DNA of 64,000 nt from a virus. The notes below the pieces were generated by a model. The model was not told the DNA's origin. It made no database searches and was given only the letters and a program-made list of their open reading frames with translations. The DNA lies in the IMG/VR virus record IMGVR_UViG_3300038701_001167, positions 7,536 through 71,535 of that record; one strand, written 5' to 3'. Shown here piece by piece: positions 37,501-46,242 of this stretch. Position 1 is the first letter of the stretch, and every line of letters starts with the position of its first letter. The translations under genes and the position numbers were made by a program.

Positions 37501-40500
37501 CATGGCCGGTGCCGAAGCGCCTCATATGAATGAAGGTGAAGTGGTTGAAAGTTCTGTTCCGTTTGATCCTGAGCTGATCGCTGAGAAGCTGAACCAGTTC
37601 TATCAAGAAGCTTTGGAAGAAGCTCGGGAAGGTATTCGAACAGAGCGTCGTGCAGCTACTATTCAGGCGCCGAGTGCCAAGCTGATGAACCAGCTCAAGA
37701 AGATCGGTGAGCAGGTAGAAGGAACAGAAGCGGTCAAGCTTACTGGTTCCCAACTGACACAAGACGTCTTCAAGATGAGCAACGATGCAAGTCGTGAGCA
37801 GAACTCTGTGTTCTGGAAGCTGCTGTCTGAGCAAGACAGTCTTGCAGATTACACCTTCTATGTCGGTGAACAGGCTGACCTGGAAGACATCCGGTCTGAT
37901 CTGGGAATTGACTCCTCGGTGAGCATCAAAGCCGGTGCCATGTATCCGAAGAACAAAGTAGTGTTCATTGCCAATGCGTCTCCGGAAACACTGCTGCATG
38001 AAGCTCTGCACACACAGACGGCTCGGACATTGGTCGATCACTATGCGGACCCGGAGAACAGTGCTGACTATGTGGCAGATGCCATTGGCCGGTTGGAGAA
38101 CCTCAAAGACTTCTTCATGAACATGAGCTTCACCAAAGACACGGCTGAAGATCGGGCAGCCAATCTGTTGAAGGAACAGCTCACAGAGAAGGCGAATGAT
38201 CCAGCTGCTGCAATGTCAGAGTTCATCTCTTGGACTTTGTCGAACCAGAAGCTGATCAAGATTGGTCAGGACACCAAGGTCTACTCTCCACTGCAGAATG
38301 TCGGCCGCAAGGTACTGGCTCTGTTGGGTCGTCTATTGGGGATCAAAACTCGACCGGGCAAAACCCTGTTTGAGAAGGTCCGTTTCAACAGCGAGATCAT
38401 CATCAAGAGCCAAGACAAAGGCAGCAACAATCTCGATCTGCTCAAGCAAGAAGCCGAAACACAAGCTGTGTTTGAACAGGCTTACGGAGAAGATACCAAT
38501 CTGGATCGTCTGGAGAGCAAGTTCCAGCGTCGGATCCAGTCTGCATTGGAAGCGGCTGTCCGTCGTGTAGATGATCCGATGAGCACAGAGAGCGATAGCT
38601 CCGTGGTCAAGCGGGCAGGGGACCTCACTGCTATGGCCGAGAAAGCGGCTGAGCAAGTCGAGAGCTTTGGGTTTGCAATGAACCAGCGTGAGAAGGCTGT
38701 ATTCATGAGCATTCACACAGGCATGATGACGGATTTTGAAAGCAATCCGGCTGCACAGCGCAAAGCCTATGAGCTCTACTCTCACATGCTGAAGAATGCC
38801 AAGCCCGGATCACTGAGTGTGTTGGCCGGCAAAGGTGGATTGCGACAAACCAGTGAAGGTCAGACAGACCTGCTGGCAACCTTTGTGGCATTGGGCATGG
38901 TTCATCCTGGCTTCAAAGCTGAGCTTGCTGAGATGGACGGACCCAAGAACATGGTCGAGTATGAGCGCAGTGTAGATGGCACCCTGAGATGGTTGGCCAA
39001 CAGCTCGATCAACTATCTGACTCAGTCTGCCATTGCGATGAAGAAGTCCGGCAAGAAGATGGACACTCAACTTCTGGCTCTGGAAAACGCTCTGTCGACC
39101 TATCAAGTAGAGCGCCGTCATACAGCTGACCGGATTGCGATGAAGCCTCAGGAAGTGCTCGATCAGAAACTGTCTGTTCTTCTGGATCGTGGTTCCAAGA
39201 AGGCAGTGGCTTTCCTACGGTCCAAACAAAAGCCCACAGATGGTGTGCTCAAGTCTGGTGCTTTCGTCAGTGCTGAACTGATTGCAGCTATGGGATCGAA
39301 AGAGAGCATGGAAGATGTGGGCAATGGCCTGACCTACATGCTTAATGAGCTTGAGCCCTTCAAAGCTCTGCAAGAAATCTGGACCGATCTGCAGGGTGTG
39401 ACCAAATCCAATGCAGCTGTGATGGATCTGGTCAACAAGGTGAAGAGCCATGTCGATGCCATGCGTCAGGATTACCGGGAGAAGATCCCTCAAATCCTGT
39501 CCGAGAAGTTCACTCGCAAGATCACCCGTGATGAGTGGACACAGATGTTCGAGGGCATCTCTCAGACCGATCTGACCACATTGGGTAACAAGCAGGCTCT
39601 GACCCTGCTGAAAGACCTGACCCAACTGCCTGTGAAGATCAAACGAGCAGAGGCACTGGTTTCCGAATTGGCAAGCAACAACGGGACCCTTTACAAGAAG
39701 AAAGCCAACGCACTTGCACACTGGATGGTCAACAAGGAAGCCATCTCAACCAATCTGCTACGTAATGCAGAAGCCATCGCCAATCTCTACGGTGAAGGTG
39801 TTCAGGTTGGTTCTGAAATCACACCCGATCTGATCGAAGCCATTGACGATCTGACAACCCTCTATGCGTTGGACAAGGTGAGCCAAGAGACCAAGGACAC
39901 ATTGCAGGACTTGGCCAATACCGCAGAGGAAGGCCTGAAGTTCATCATTGGGTATCAGGCTTCTACCAAAGGTCTGGAGCTACAGCGTATTGCTGATGGA
40001 GAAGATGGGGCTGTGTCTCGGATCAACGGCTGGAAAGGCTATGCTCCTGTGACGGCTGCTGCTGGCAACTCGTTGGTTGTTCGAGACGACGTAGACTTCA
40101 AAGAGATGGTGAAACTCGGTTACGAACGTGTTGGTGACTACGAAGGAGATGCTCAGGAGAACTACCGTGGCAGCCGTGGATATTACCAGTCCACAGTGGG
40201 TGGTCGGTCTGCATATCGTCAGGGTGTAGCTCAGACTGTTCATGCTACGTTCCAAGGTGTTGATCCTCGAACTGGTGTGTCTCGGACAGGTGAGATGGCA
40301 GGGTTCATCTCCGGTCGGAAAGCTGAACTGGCAAAGAGAGCCAAGAAGCGAGTGAACAACGATCTGGCACCGGGCAATGGTGAAGTCATGGTTCCTGTCT
40401 ATGGCGCCAATGGAGACATCACCGGGTATGAGCTGACCATGGACCCCAAGCGTCGGGAAGCGTTGCAGGAAGACAAGCACATGGCTCGGATGCTCGGTGC

Positions 40501-41791
40501 CTGGTCTGGCCGTATCGTGGAAGAAACCATGTCGGATCGCTACAACAAGACCTTGGTTCAAACCCTGAAAGCTCAGTGGGATGAAGCAAGCCCTGAAGAG
40601 CGTCGGACCCAGTTCACCAATGTGGCGGATCCCAAGCACAAAGATGCTGTCATTCGAGATGCTTGGAACACCATGGGTTTCGGGATCAAAGATGCTGCTC
40701 GTGATGTGTTCAATGAGAGTGATACTCTCATGGTTCGCAAAGATCTGGTGAATGATGCACTGGGCTTCCACCAAGCGTCTGTCCGGGATGCCTTCACAGG
40801 AACGTCTCGTTGGTCTCCTGAGACACAGCAAGCTTTGGTGACGGCTGCTACAGCTGTCATGGGCAAGGATGCCTATAAGTACATGGTCAAAGCTGAAGAC
40901 GGAATTGGTGATCTGGTGTCCTATGCCAAGACCACAATCGTGGTTCGATCGATGACTGTGATCTGGGAGAACTTGCTGTCCAACAACCTGCACCTGCTGA
41001 CATGGGGTGTAGGACCGGTAGAGCTGGTCAAGGCACAGAGAGCCAAGTTCATTGAGATCAATCAGTATGTAAAGAACCAGGAGCGTATTCTGGAACTGAA
41101 CGCTGAACTGGCAGCCAACATCGAAAATGCAAGCAAAGCTCGTCGGATCACTGCTGAGTTGCGAATGCTCGATGATGCCAATCAGAAGCTGAGCATTCGT
41201 CCTCTGCTGGAAGCCGGTGAATTCTCAACAGTCTCTGAGAGCCTCACTGAAGCCGATCAGGCCATTCGGGAAGGGAAGCTCAGTGACTTCTTTGAGAAGG
41301 CTGCTGACAGGCTGCCTGGTGGCGTGCAGACAGCATTCAAGAACTTTGCCATCACCAAAGACACTGCATTGTTCCAAGGTCTCAACCGGGCTGTCCAGTA
41401 TGGGGACTTTGTGTCCAAGGCTGTGCTCTACGATCACCTGACAAAAGTGAAAGGCAAGACCGAAGCTGAAGCGATGGATGTGATCAAGGAAGAGTTCGTG
41501 AACTATAACCGCCTGTCTGGTCGAGATCGGGATTACCTGGAAAGCACAGGCATGCTCTGGTTCATGAACTATAAGATCCGGATCATGAAGATCATGGCTC
41601 GGATGGTACGTGAACGGCCAGCCTCCGCTCTGTTCTATGCTGGTGGGGTAGGTCCGATGGCAGACATTGACACAGTTGTAACTGGTTCAGGTCTGGGGGC
41701 TTATCTCGACAATCGCCTCGGATACGCGATTGGGCCTGAAATGGGTGTAAACGGGATCTTCATGAACCCGTGGAATAGCTTGGTGAACTGA
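31502..41791 (+). CDS. virion-encapsidated RNA polymerase (N4 gp50 homolog)
   Basis: 3,429 aa; SSVGRLQ, motif A EADGKTDGPINA, motif B RNLIKNPLTVLLYGSG, motif C VFDG; LLHEALH zincin-like motif; no Cys seen on reading. Confidence 0.97.
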   Translation: MSGIDLNFGNQPKVNQTKSNQKQAQVEDTSLAKKLQFGSQQDQWALATAMQNGNAISQDEFMRDMTNASDTDIAAKYGFEVVQNRAGYLQQYRDLEAFKQSSGEPVDIANDTAVSVTKGAMNTAGAMGSIAASAWDAVTAGPRALGEQIHGQAQTPLSEVAAEGLNWANEAVDGLKSDRSVEMRNQFALEQSLDQQDRDAEFEAGETKGFVDQAITEAKKFGDTIANLADNPYTAMETVAEGIGSLGPIAKTIQGLARANTARKLVAEGMTKKEARDLIQRDAGQALVQEEALRLVPTVTALTEGGSAGLQARQEILAMSEEELMQSPEYQKMIEDGMDPDQARSKLIEMAGRPAELTGATLGLLTGRISRAFEASPGKVGSGAGAGKTVALETGEEALQEASNQAASNVGVNAAGFEREITDGLGEAAAMGAAGGLGTAGVMQAPGAAATAVVETAKATGRAAEAGFKARMNSIEQATDDASPVGQKAVSGTSEQMRKDAAVISEVAANETTPEQIKALDTKVQEALYLPDEDADSYIESLPALAQVKESTGKVDRYSLINEVSPIITNEEIAPVDRLGAAVLVMESFDALRSLDNDESNALVQSLEAGDQTGSRFGRLKKDVNKLTSSPAVKRAEEIIRTLEPEMINAVFPLTENADAATLQAYRTISRYNTLAIDESQYDMVLEQVSENDALRKEFTAGKEARKIFDEADKAKASLSEEVGGSYNTKSMVREQILSTGNKNNDMPSIVEHYRNVMDNMAIGRKEEAAAALVELREFAQSQVNKTVAFNTAADTGVTNAADGIGYEAYGPFKNYFRKEGGAWFNKNSPNSVALARDVHVDTTAVANTYNTLAEIYPELVSNGETRIDVPELSQIITESKSAPIETDPVEPEKAERRIRKDAKPDASLTDAVTPEGQAVKDAVTKKAKAQKRTTAKQTTPKPTKSEPVKAEEPVESTTKVEAEPEPEVIAEDKADVEELISEADTIAEVEETPETEQKSLADVFPNLIKENGNNWFLKTFSRRENGSKFLDQDSPMETLLREVTGLNAEQSNELKTLKDVLAPKLQEYLDGMAKDGLLNPKMGWLKSLMEGTKDVLGYKNASSLNFRSTVDGKGQFDPKVIEAFTMAVGEWMLKSEARLPRQLDNEEINKRFGRNRDHAVTDFERQLVNLGGIQLQSVIDDISGSAMKLMGVTADKSQPVKFSQGIFRGMAANVLEALADSEGADWIGITQYDYDVNGSKRTYTSIQLNKDVDAVKDFTQALKGRQDLFEKVFLEAPEADYFFEPIQETPRSVTRQRFNEVQPIAEKVIKRLQSTPNRFVAPMMEFRSALGDDVFKRLAGFRDFDPKTTNEAHATSIQSKNRSIERALDGIDQHYARAEAYAAEQGKTAEQTDLFFKWNISSVGRLQQEGYITPQGDKIAREMISSTMSTLDLNNENHVKAIWLAAAQAFDIKPGIEKQSHEKSVRDIQELFNGDLKPAMELVKDWMISGEMTDADALEAALINSGADISMKSVHALLTVAQMEYVLENDPEGAGIFQTSLALEADGKTDGPINAMINVGFGQFTPHQIKVMAKGGLIVSGSEMSLNRYIEGDAEHTGDKEDLYEVAAQSLERNLGSYTAENAPVIFDLMDTFLKGFSFKDGKLDIGRNLIKNPLTVLLYGSGKAGIASKLASAIKDELHALMSDIAESGKPWHQHPKFIENPALVDTLKAVFGNQIISLLENPIKSKIEGPLEKALSGQIDETIGEALVEAIDEATGGLREAMELVRTATQIQGIAFEDAYDKAIERIRTEKGLKKSQLSEKDYETAFVEASQVAPIYNNGAQEFHIVASEKYSSENQISSSLRERLSSGATIPKPGAVGVKGQPYLVIGTGDGRMIINILEAGDADMDRTLMVFDGVEIALDNVFSASRQINQAVWKGWQEESVTTLVHDGYQNFLRQFKPDELGEKGKEALNKLAKSNKTGVDNLISGVGSQLQAKSAQNLARKKALSKVQAYIDHMAGAEAPHMNEGEVVESSVPFDPELIAEKLNQFYQEALEEAREGIRTERRAATIQAPSAKLMNQLKKIGEQVEGTEAVKLTGSQLTQDVFKMSNDASREQNSVFWKLLSEQDSLADYTFYVGEQADLEDIRSDLGIDSSVSIKAGAMYPKNKVVFIANASPETLLHEALHTQTARTLVDHYADPENSADYVADAIGRLENLKDFFMNMSFTKDTAEDRAANLLKEQLTEKANDPAAAMSEFISWTLSNQKLIKIGQDTKVYSPLQNVGRKVLALLGRLLGIKTRPGKTLFEKVRFNSEIIIKSQDKGSNNLDLLKQEAETQAVFEQAYGEDTNLDRLESKFQRRIQSALEAAVRRVDDPMSTESDSSVVKRAGDLTAMAEKAAEQVESFGFAMNQREKAVFMSIHTGMMTDFESNPAAQRKAYELYSHMLKNAKPGSLSVLAGKGGLRQTSEGQTDLLATFVALGMVHPGFKAELAEMDGPKNMVEYERSVDGTLRWLANSSINYLTQSAIAMKKSGKKMDTQLLALENALSTYQVERRHTADRIAMKPQEVLDQKLSVLLDRGSKKAVAFLRSKQKPTDGVLKSGAFVSAELIAAMGSKESMEDVGNGLTYMLNELEPFKALQEIWTDLQGVTKSNAAVMDLVNKVKSHVDAMRQDYREKIPQILSEKFTRKITRDEWTQMFEGISQTDLTTLGNKQALTLLKDLTQLPVKIKRAEALVSELASNNGTLYKKKANALAHWMVNKEAISTNLLRNAEAIANLYGEGVQVGSEITPDLIEAIDDLTTLYALDKVSQETKDTLQDLANTAEEGLKFIIGYQASTKGLELQRIADGEDGAVSRINGWKGYAPVTAAAGNSLVVRDDVDFKEMVKLGYERVGDYEGDAQENYRGSRGYYQSTVGGRSAYRQGVAQTVHATFQGVDPRTGVSRTGEMAGFISGRKAELAKRAKKRVNNDLAPGNGEVMVPVYGANGDITGYELTMDPKRREALQEDKHMARMLGAWSGRIVEETMSDRYNKTLVQTLKAQWDEASPEERRTQFTNVADPKHKDAVIRDAWNTMGFGIKDAARDVFNESDTLMVRKDLVNDALGFHQASVRDAFTGTSRWSPETQQALVTAATAVMGKDAYKYMVKAEDGIGDLVSYAKTTIVVRSMTVIWENLLSNNLHLLTWGVGPVELVKAQRAKFIEINQYVKNQERILELNAELAANIENASKARRITAELRMLDDANQKLSIRPLLEAGEFSTVSESLTEADQAIREGKLSDFFEKAADRLPGGVQTAFKNFAITKDTALFQGLNRAVQYGDFVSKAVLYDHLTKVKGKTEAEAMDVIKEEFVNYNRLSGRDRDYLESTGMLWFMNYKIRIMKIMARMVRERPASALFYAGGVGPMADIDTVVTGSGLGAYLDNRLGYAIGPEMGVNGIFMNPWNSLVN

Positions 41792-42003
41792 ATAGGGTAG
41801 GGAAGGATGTGAAAGGCCATCCTCCCCTACATCTATGACAGCCACGACTGCAATGCAGACTGTCACAGAATATTTGTCTCTCTCAAGAGCCACTGGGTCA
41901 TGAAGCCATATGGATGACTACGAGAAGAGAGACAGGACGCCTTGCAAGTAGGCTAGTTATGCACTTAGCCACGCCCTAACTGAATGAGTATAAGGAGCCA
42001 GGA

Positions 42004-42321
42004 TCAATCACCTGACTGCTCCTTAGATTCAATGAAAGTCATCACGCGGCGCTCAAACTCAGCTTGTGCCGCAGCCATGGCGCTATCCACATCGGGATAG
42101 GTATGATCTTTCATTCCGATATTAAGCGTGACGCCCAATTTACGTTTCACGCGAGGGTCAACAATCTTTGTGATGTTAAAGTCGCTTGCCAAGAACCGTG
42201 GGGCGGCACTCCAATGCTCACTCGACGGTACAGACTTGCGCTCTGTGCGGTCGTCGTTCCAAACATCAACTGTCAAAATGTCGTGCGACCATTGCAGTTT
42301 TTTGACCTGAACGTCAGTCAT
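42004..42321 (-). CDS. hypothetical protein (105 aa)
   Basis: GGAGGG RBS before MTDVQ. Confidence 0.6.
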   Translation of the reverse strand: MTDVQVKKLQWSHDILTVDVWNDDRTERKSVPSSEHWSAAPRFLASDFNITKIVDPRVKRKLGVTLNIGMKDHTYPDVDSAMAAAQAEFERRVMTFIESKEQSGD

Positions 42322-42338
42322 CTCTGGCCCTCCTTGGT

Positions 42339-42674
42339 TCAAACTGGTGCGTGGTGCATGGTCACACCTTCGCTATGGGCAACATATGCCTCAGCTTCTT
42401 CCTGAGAGAAGAGGCCAGCTTTCAGATGTGTGCCGGTGTAGCCTTTGGCTCCAGGACGGAAGTAATAGCCGTTCTTGCGAAGAAAGAATTTGTTGCCGGG
42501 ATTGTATTTGGCCTTGAGTGTATCTTCATAACCATGCCACGCGATTCCAGCGTTAATGAGAGCTTCAGCCTGGGTGTTTCCAAGTCCAGAGTGACCTGGA
42601 CCATCATTGATGACACAGAGCCATTTGTGTCCGTAGACATGACCGTCAAGAAATTTGATTGTTGGAGTATTCAT
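42339..42674 (-). CDS. hypothetical protein (111 aa)
   Basis: AAAGGA RBS. Confidence 0.65.
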   Translation of the reverse strand: MNTPTIKFLDGHVYGHKWLCVINDGPGHSGLGNTQAEALINAGIAWHGYEDTLKAKYNPGNKFFLRKNGYYFRPGAKGYTGTHLKAGLFSQEEAEAYVAHSEGVTMHHAPV

Positions 42675-42686
42675 GGTGGTTCCTTT

Positions 42687-42944
42687 TTATTGAACCGCTT
42701 CAATCACTTGTTCGATGAAGTAAGCACAAGCAGTCCATTGTTGTTCAGTATCGAATGATCTGTCACGAAGGAAGGAAACACATCTTTCAAGAGAGGGCTG
42801 GTTAATCCTCCAAGAAATTTGAGATTTTCCTAAGTTCATGTAGGTATCCATGGCCATTTGAGTGATGCCAATAAAGCCAACAACAGCACCAAAAAGAAAG
42901 CCTAACCCAAGACCAATCAGTGTGAATATAGAAGGTTCTTTCAT
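42687..42944 (-). CDS. N-terminal TM protein (85 aa)
   Basis: MKEPSIFTLIGLGLGFLFGAVVGFIGI; AAAGG RBS. Confidence 0.6.
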   Translation of the reverse strand: MKEPSIFTLIGLGLGFLFGAVVGFIGITQMAMDTYMNLGKSQISWRINQPSLERCVSFLRDRSFDTEQQWTACAYFIEQVIEAVQ

Positions 42945-42964
42945 AGTTTTGATACCTTTTTCTG

Positions 42965-43478
42965 ATGTCCGATAATACAAGATTATTGGACATATAAGTG
43001 TGGTGAAGGGTGGGGCGCTTTCATACTTAATTGAACCAATAAAGCGCCATGACAGCTTTCTGTGGGGCCTGAGTCTGCCAAGGTGTATCGGCACCAAGGG
43101 ATCGCTCTCCGATAAGAACCGGCCCTCCACGGACCGCTCAGGCTACCCAGAAAACTGTCATGGAAACAAAAGACTGAATGAAAGTGCAGGCTCACATTGA
43201 GCTATCTCCAACCTCCGCGGTTAGCGGGTTAAGCAGGTAATGGGTCTCAGTGGTACGTGCATGATATCCTACACGTTCTTAAGAGCACCTTCCCTCGCAA
43301 CCAGATCCACCTCCGTCGAGGTCGTCATCATCCGGTTCACAGTTCCCTACTGCACATTTATTTAGTCTTGGGGTTACTTACATTGGTTAAGGGTCATACG
43401 TGTGAAGCATCGACGCTTACTCCAGTTTTCCCCCTCGTGTGGTTAGTGTTGATTTTCACATCTTCAGTGTGACCGGCT
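42965..43478 (-). ncRNA. candidate large structured non-coding RNA of unknown class
   Basis: Gap of over 500 nt with no convincing ORF, tiled by consecutive helices (see findings). Confidence 0.45.
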
Positions 43479-43505
43479 GGGCTCCCCTCTATTTGAGGGG
43501 AGTCC
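43479..43505 (-). terminator. stem-loop after the 43514 gene
   Basis: GGGCTCCCCTC-TATTT-GAGGGGAGTCC. Confidence 0.6.
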
Positions 43506-43513
43506 TACCTGGT

Positions 43514-43702
43514 TCAACCAAGTGGATCGTTTGAATCATTGGGCGTTTTATCGGTGACGCCTTGATAACAAATCGATCCGATGAGTAGCAGACCGGCGAT
43601 AGCACCGATCTGCACAATGATCATCCAAGCCATCGAGAGCACGTTTGAAACGAGCAACCCGATGACGAGGAGATAAAGACCGATGACTGTTTTCCAGAGC
43701 AC
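43514..43702 (-). CDS. small 2-TM membrane protein (62 aa)
   Basis: Two hydrophobic helices. Confidence 0.6.
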   Translation of the reverse strand: MLWKTVIGLYLLVIGLLVSNVLSMAWMIIVQIGAIAGLLLIGSICYQGVTDKTPNDSNDPLG

Positions 43703-43708
43703 AGCTGA

Positions 43709-44158
43709 TTAGCTGGCCTTGGAGAAGATCGACTTGCCACCAGCAGGCTTCGAAGCGGAAGCTTCAGCTTTGCCACCGAAGATCGATTTGCCCGAAGTGG
43801 ATTCTGCCGGAGCTTCATCTTCTTCTGAGGTCTCGGGTTCAGTGCTGTCGGTGCCAACATCCGGTTCAGCTTCTTCTTCTGCTTCTTCCGGCTGAGCTTC
43901 AGTCTCAGGGGTCGGTTCCGGTTCAGCAGCAGGAGCAGGAGTGTTTTTTACTGCTTTCGGTGCAGTCCGGGTCGGTGCCGATTCAGGAGCAGCAACGGGA
44001 GCTGCAGACCGGATATCGATTGCAGCTGTGAGACCATTGGGTCCACGGCCAGCGGTGAAATCGATCGAGAACTTTTGGCCTTCTGCGATGTTGATCTGGC
44101 TGTGCAGATACATTTCAACGGCCGAGTTGATCTCGTCTTGGTTCAGTGTGATTTGCAT
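43709..44158 (-). CDS. N4-family conserved protein with a low-complexity acidic linker
   Basis: MQITLNQDEI..AVE.YL...I...FTAGRG..GLTA.IDI N-terminus, recalled from N4-like phages at this position. Confidence 0.7.
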   Translation of the reverse strand: MQITLNQDEINSAVEMYLHSQINIAEGQKFSIDFTAGRGPNGLTAAIDIRSAAPVAAPESAPTRTAPKAVKNTPAPAAEPEPTPETEAQPEEAEEEAEPDVGTDSTEPETSEEDEAPAESTSGKSIFGGKAEASASKPAGGKSIFSKAS

Positions 44159-44184
44159 GTGTTTTTCTTTCTTATTAGAATAGG

Positions 44185-44652
44185 TTAGAGAAGTTTCTCT
44201 TTGCCGTAGAGAGCCAACAAAGCAGCTTCGGCTCGTCCATCATCCTTCTTTCGGGAGAACAGATCAGCATTGGCTGGAAAGCGTTCAGAGGCAAGTTTGC
44301 GTGAACCATCTTTGTCTTTTCCAAGCTTGAAGTGCTTCTTCCAAACATTGGGTGTGGGATTGTGGAACTCATGACCATGGCCGATCAGAGCCATTCGGAG
44401 AGCTCCGTAACAATCACCGAAGCGGAATGCGCTGGAGATGCCTTGACCTTGGAAAGCCCAGACTTTTTCCAGTACAGCCATGCTCCTTGGTTCATCCGAA
44501 GACAGGAGCGTTCCTACCATGTGGCAGTTCAGTTCTGTCTTCGAATTGGAACCAGGCAAGATCGGCATGTCATGGACCTCAAGCGCCCATGTGTCGGAGT
44601 TCAGTAGAGCGATTGCTCCACTGAATCCTGGGTCTATGCCGATGATGAGCAT
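44185..44652 (-). CDS. RuvC-like Holliday junction resolvase
   Basis: IIGIDPG..GAIA, VLEKV, WKK, DGRAEAALLA. Confidence 0.85.
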   Translation of the reverse strand: MLIIGIDPGFSGAIALLNSDTWALEVHDMPILPGSNSKTELNCHMVGTLLSSDEPRSMAVLEKVWAFQGQGISSAFRFGDCYGALRMALIGHGHEFHNPTPNVWKKHFKLGKDKDGSRKLASERFPANADLFSRKKDDGRAEAALLALYGKEKLL

Positions 44653-45401
44653 CAGCCGAAGAGTTTCTTCTTCGGAGTGGCTTCACCGGAAGTGCCTGCA
44701 GAACCAGGTGTACCGGTTCCTGAAGTGCCTGCACCGCCACCTTCAATGACTTGGAACTTGTTCAGATCTTTGTCACCGAAACGGTTGGTCCATTCAGTCA
44801 TCCAGACCGGATCTTCGATCTCCTGCATGTACTCGTTCACAGTGCGGGAAGTTTCCGGGTGCATGAACTTCACGATCTCGTTGATGGTACGAGACTCGTT
44901 GATCGGTTCATAGCGACCACTGTTGGTGTCTTTCTGGGTTTTGTTCTCGATCTTACGGAACAGGGCAACTTTGACCGGCTGACCGAGCATCGCAGTGATA
45001 ACAGGAACTTCGGTCGGGACTTCACCCTGAGCTTCCTTGTTGTAGATTTTGACCATCTTGTTTTCCATCTCGACTTCAGCGAGGTGGGTTTCAGTGGTCA
45101 GCAAGCAGAGCTCATCAATGGTGGTGAAGCCCGGCATCGGACGACGGGTCTTGTTGTCGTTTTTGTCGATGTAGAAGTTTTCACCAGTCTTTTTGGTAAC
45201 ATAGACGGTTTCACGGACTTCCTTGCCACCGACGTCGAGGATCAGGGAGACGCCCTTGGCTCCACCAGCAGAAGTGATGGCATATGCCAGCTTGACGATT
45301 GCATCATAGACGCCTGTGGGAATCGGATCGAAGTTGCCGCCACCGACGACGTCTTCTGCTTTTTCCATACCTTCAGTGGTGAGATTGGAAAACATACTCA
45401 T
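44652..45401 (-). CDS. single-stranded DNA-binding protein (N4 gp45 homolog)
   Basis: Synteny; MPGF..I..LCLL; C-terminal KKKLFG. Confidence 0.85.
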   Translation of the reverse strand: MSMFSNLTTEGMEKAEDVVGGGNFDPIPTGVYDAIVKLAYAITSAGGAKGVSLILDVGGKEVRETVYVTKKTGENFYIDKNDNKTRRPMPGFTTIDELCLLTTETHLAEVEMENKMVKIYNKEAQGEVPTEVPVITAMLGQPVKVALFRKIENKTQKDTNSGRYEPINESRTINEIVKFMHPETSRTVNEYMQEIEDPVWMTEWTNRFGDKDLNKFQVIEGGGAGTSGTGTPGSAGTSGEATPKKKLFG

Positions 45402-45439
45402 ATGAGTTTCCTTGTTTTGGCTTGAATTGGTGTGGTGTG

Positions 45440-46171
45440 TTAGGCGGCTTTAGAGGCGCCGTAGTAGGACTTCAGGCGATCAAAGACGAGGTTGACATCG
45501 TTGTCGATGTAGAGCTCTTCCCGATTCCAGAAGCCAATGGGAGCACGCATCTTTTCACCAGGATGATCCTTGGTGACACGGGTGGTGAAGACGTATTTGA
45601 CGCCATCCTCTTCTTCTTCATCGGTGATGTTGAGAAGGGCGTTCTCGTGCTTTTTGAGCTTGGTCACAGGCATTTGCTTGGTTCCAAGAATGGTGGTGAA
45701 GTCAGCTTCTACGCCAACTTTACCCACGGCACCTTTGATCGGCACCTTGGTCTCGTTTGTAAGAGTGGCTTCATTATAGACGGTGTCTTCGTGAGCCAGG
45801 ATCACATAGTCCTTGGTTCCAGATTTGATAGCGTGAATGAAGTCACGGTAGAAGTTGCCGTAGTTGCCCCAGGCTTTCTGGGTGTCTTTGGCTGTTGCGA
45901 CGTTCTGGCGCTCATACATCATCATCAGGAAGGTGACGGTATCGAGCACAGCACCGGTGATACCGGGGTTGGTTTCGATCTCCTGAATGAATTCCAGGAT
46001 GTCGGTTGCATTGGAGATTTCTGCCTCAGCCGCGAAACGAGACTGGAAGGGAATTTCTTTGAGGTCTGTGTTGAGATAGACCATCGATTCCATCGGCAGG
46101 TTGCGAAGCGAACTGGATTTGCCAGTGTTCGGTCGGCCCATGATGAGAACAATGTTTTTGTTCTGGCTCAT
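45440..46171 (-). CDS. AAA ATPase (N4 gp44, Sak4-like)
   Basis: GRPNTGKSSSL; VLDTVTFLM..YE. Confidence 0.85.
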   Translation of the reverse strand: MSQNKNIVLIMGRPNTGKSSSLRNLPMESMVYLNTDLKEIPFQSRFAAEAEISNATDILEFIQEIETNPGITGAVLDTVTFLMMMYERQNVATAKDTQKAWGNYGNFYRDFIHAIKSGTKDYVILAHEDTVYNEATLTNETKVPIKGAVGKVGVEADFTTILGTKQMPVTKLKKHENALLNITDEEEEDGVKYVFTTRVTKDHPGEKMRAPIGFWNREELYIDNDVNLVFDRLKSYYGASKAA

Positions 46172-46242
46172 ACGATTTCCTTTGTTTTCTTGATTTGTTC
46201 TTCACGCAAAAACGCTCAGAGGTAAGATTGGAGAGACCTCAA

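Noticed and set aside
37990-38015. HExxH motif and lack of cysteine in vRNAP as novelties
   Set aside because: Both are known properties of N4-type vRNAPs.
43011-43050. tRNA or tmRNA (GGGGCG start, GGTTCAA and CCCCACC on the minus strand)
   Set aside because: No cloverleaf and no tag reading frame could be built. No tRNA was recognised elsewhere in the window.
43170-43480. Group I intron or cobalamin riboswitch
   Set aside because: GACUA/AGUC and GGGAA/CCACUG fragments occur, but in the wrong order or spacing (no room for P3/P6), and no gene is interrupted.
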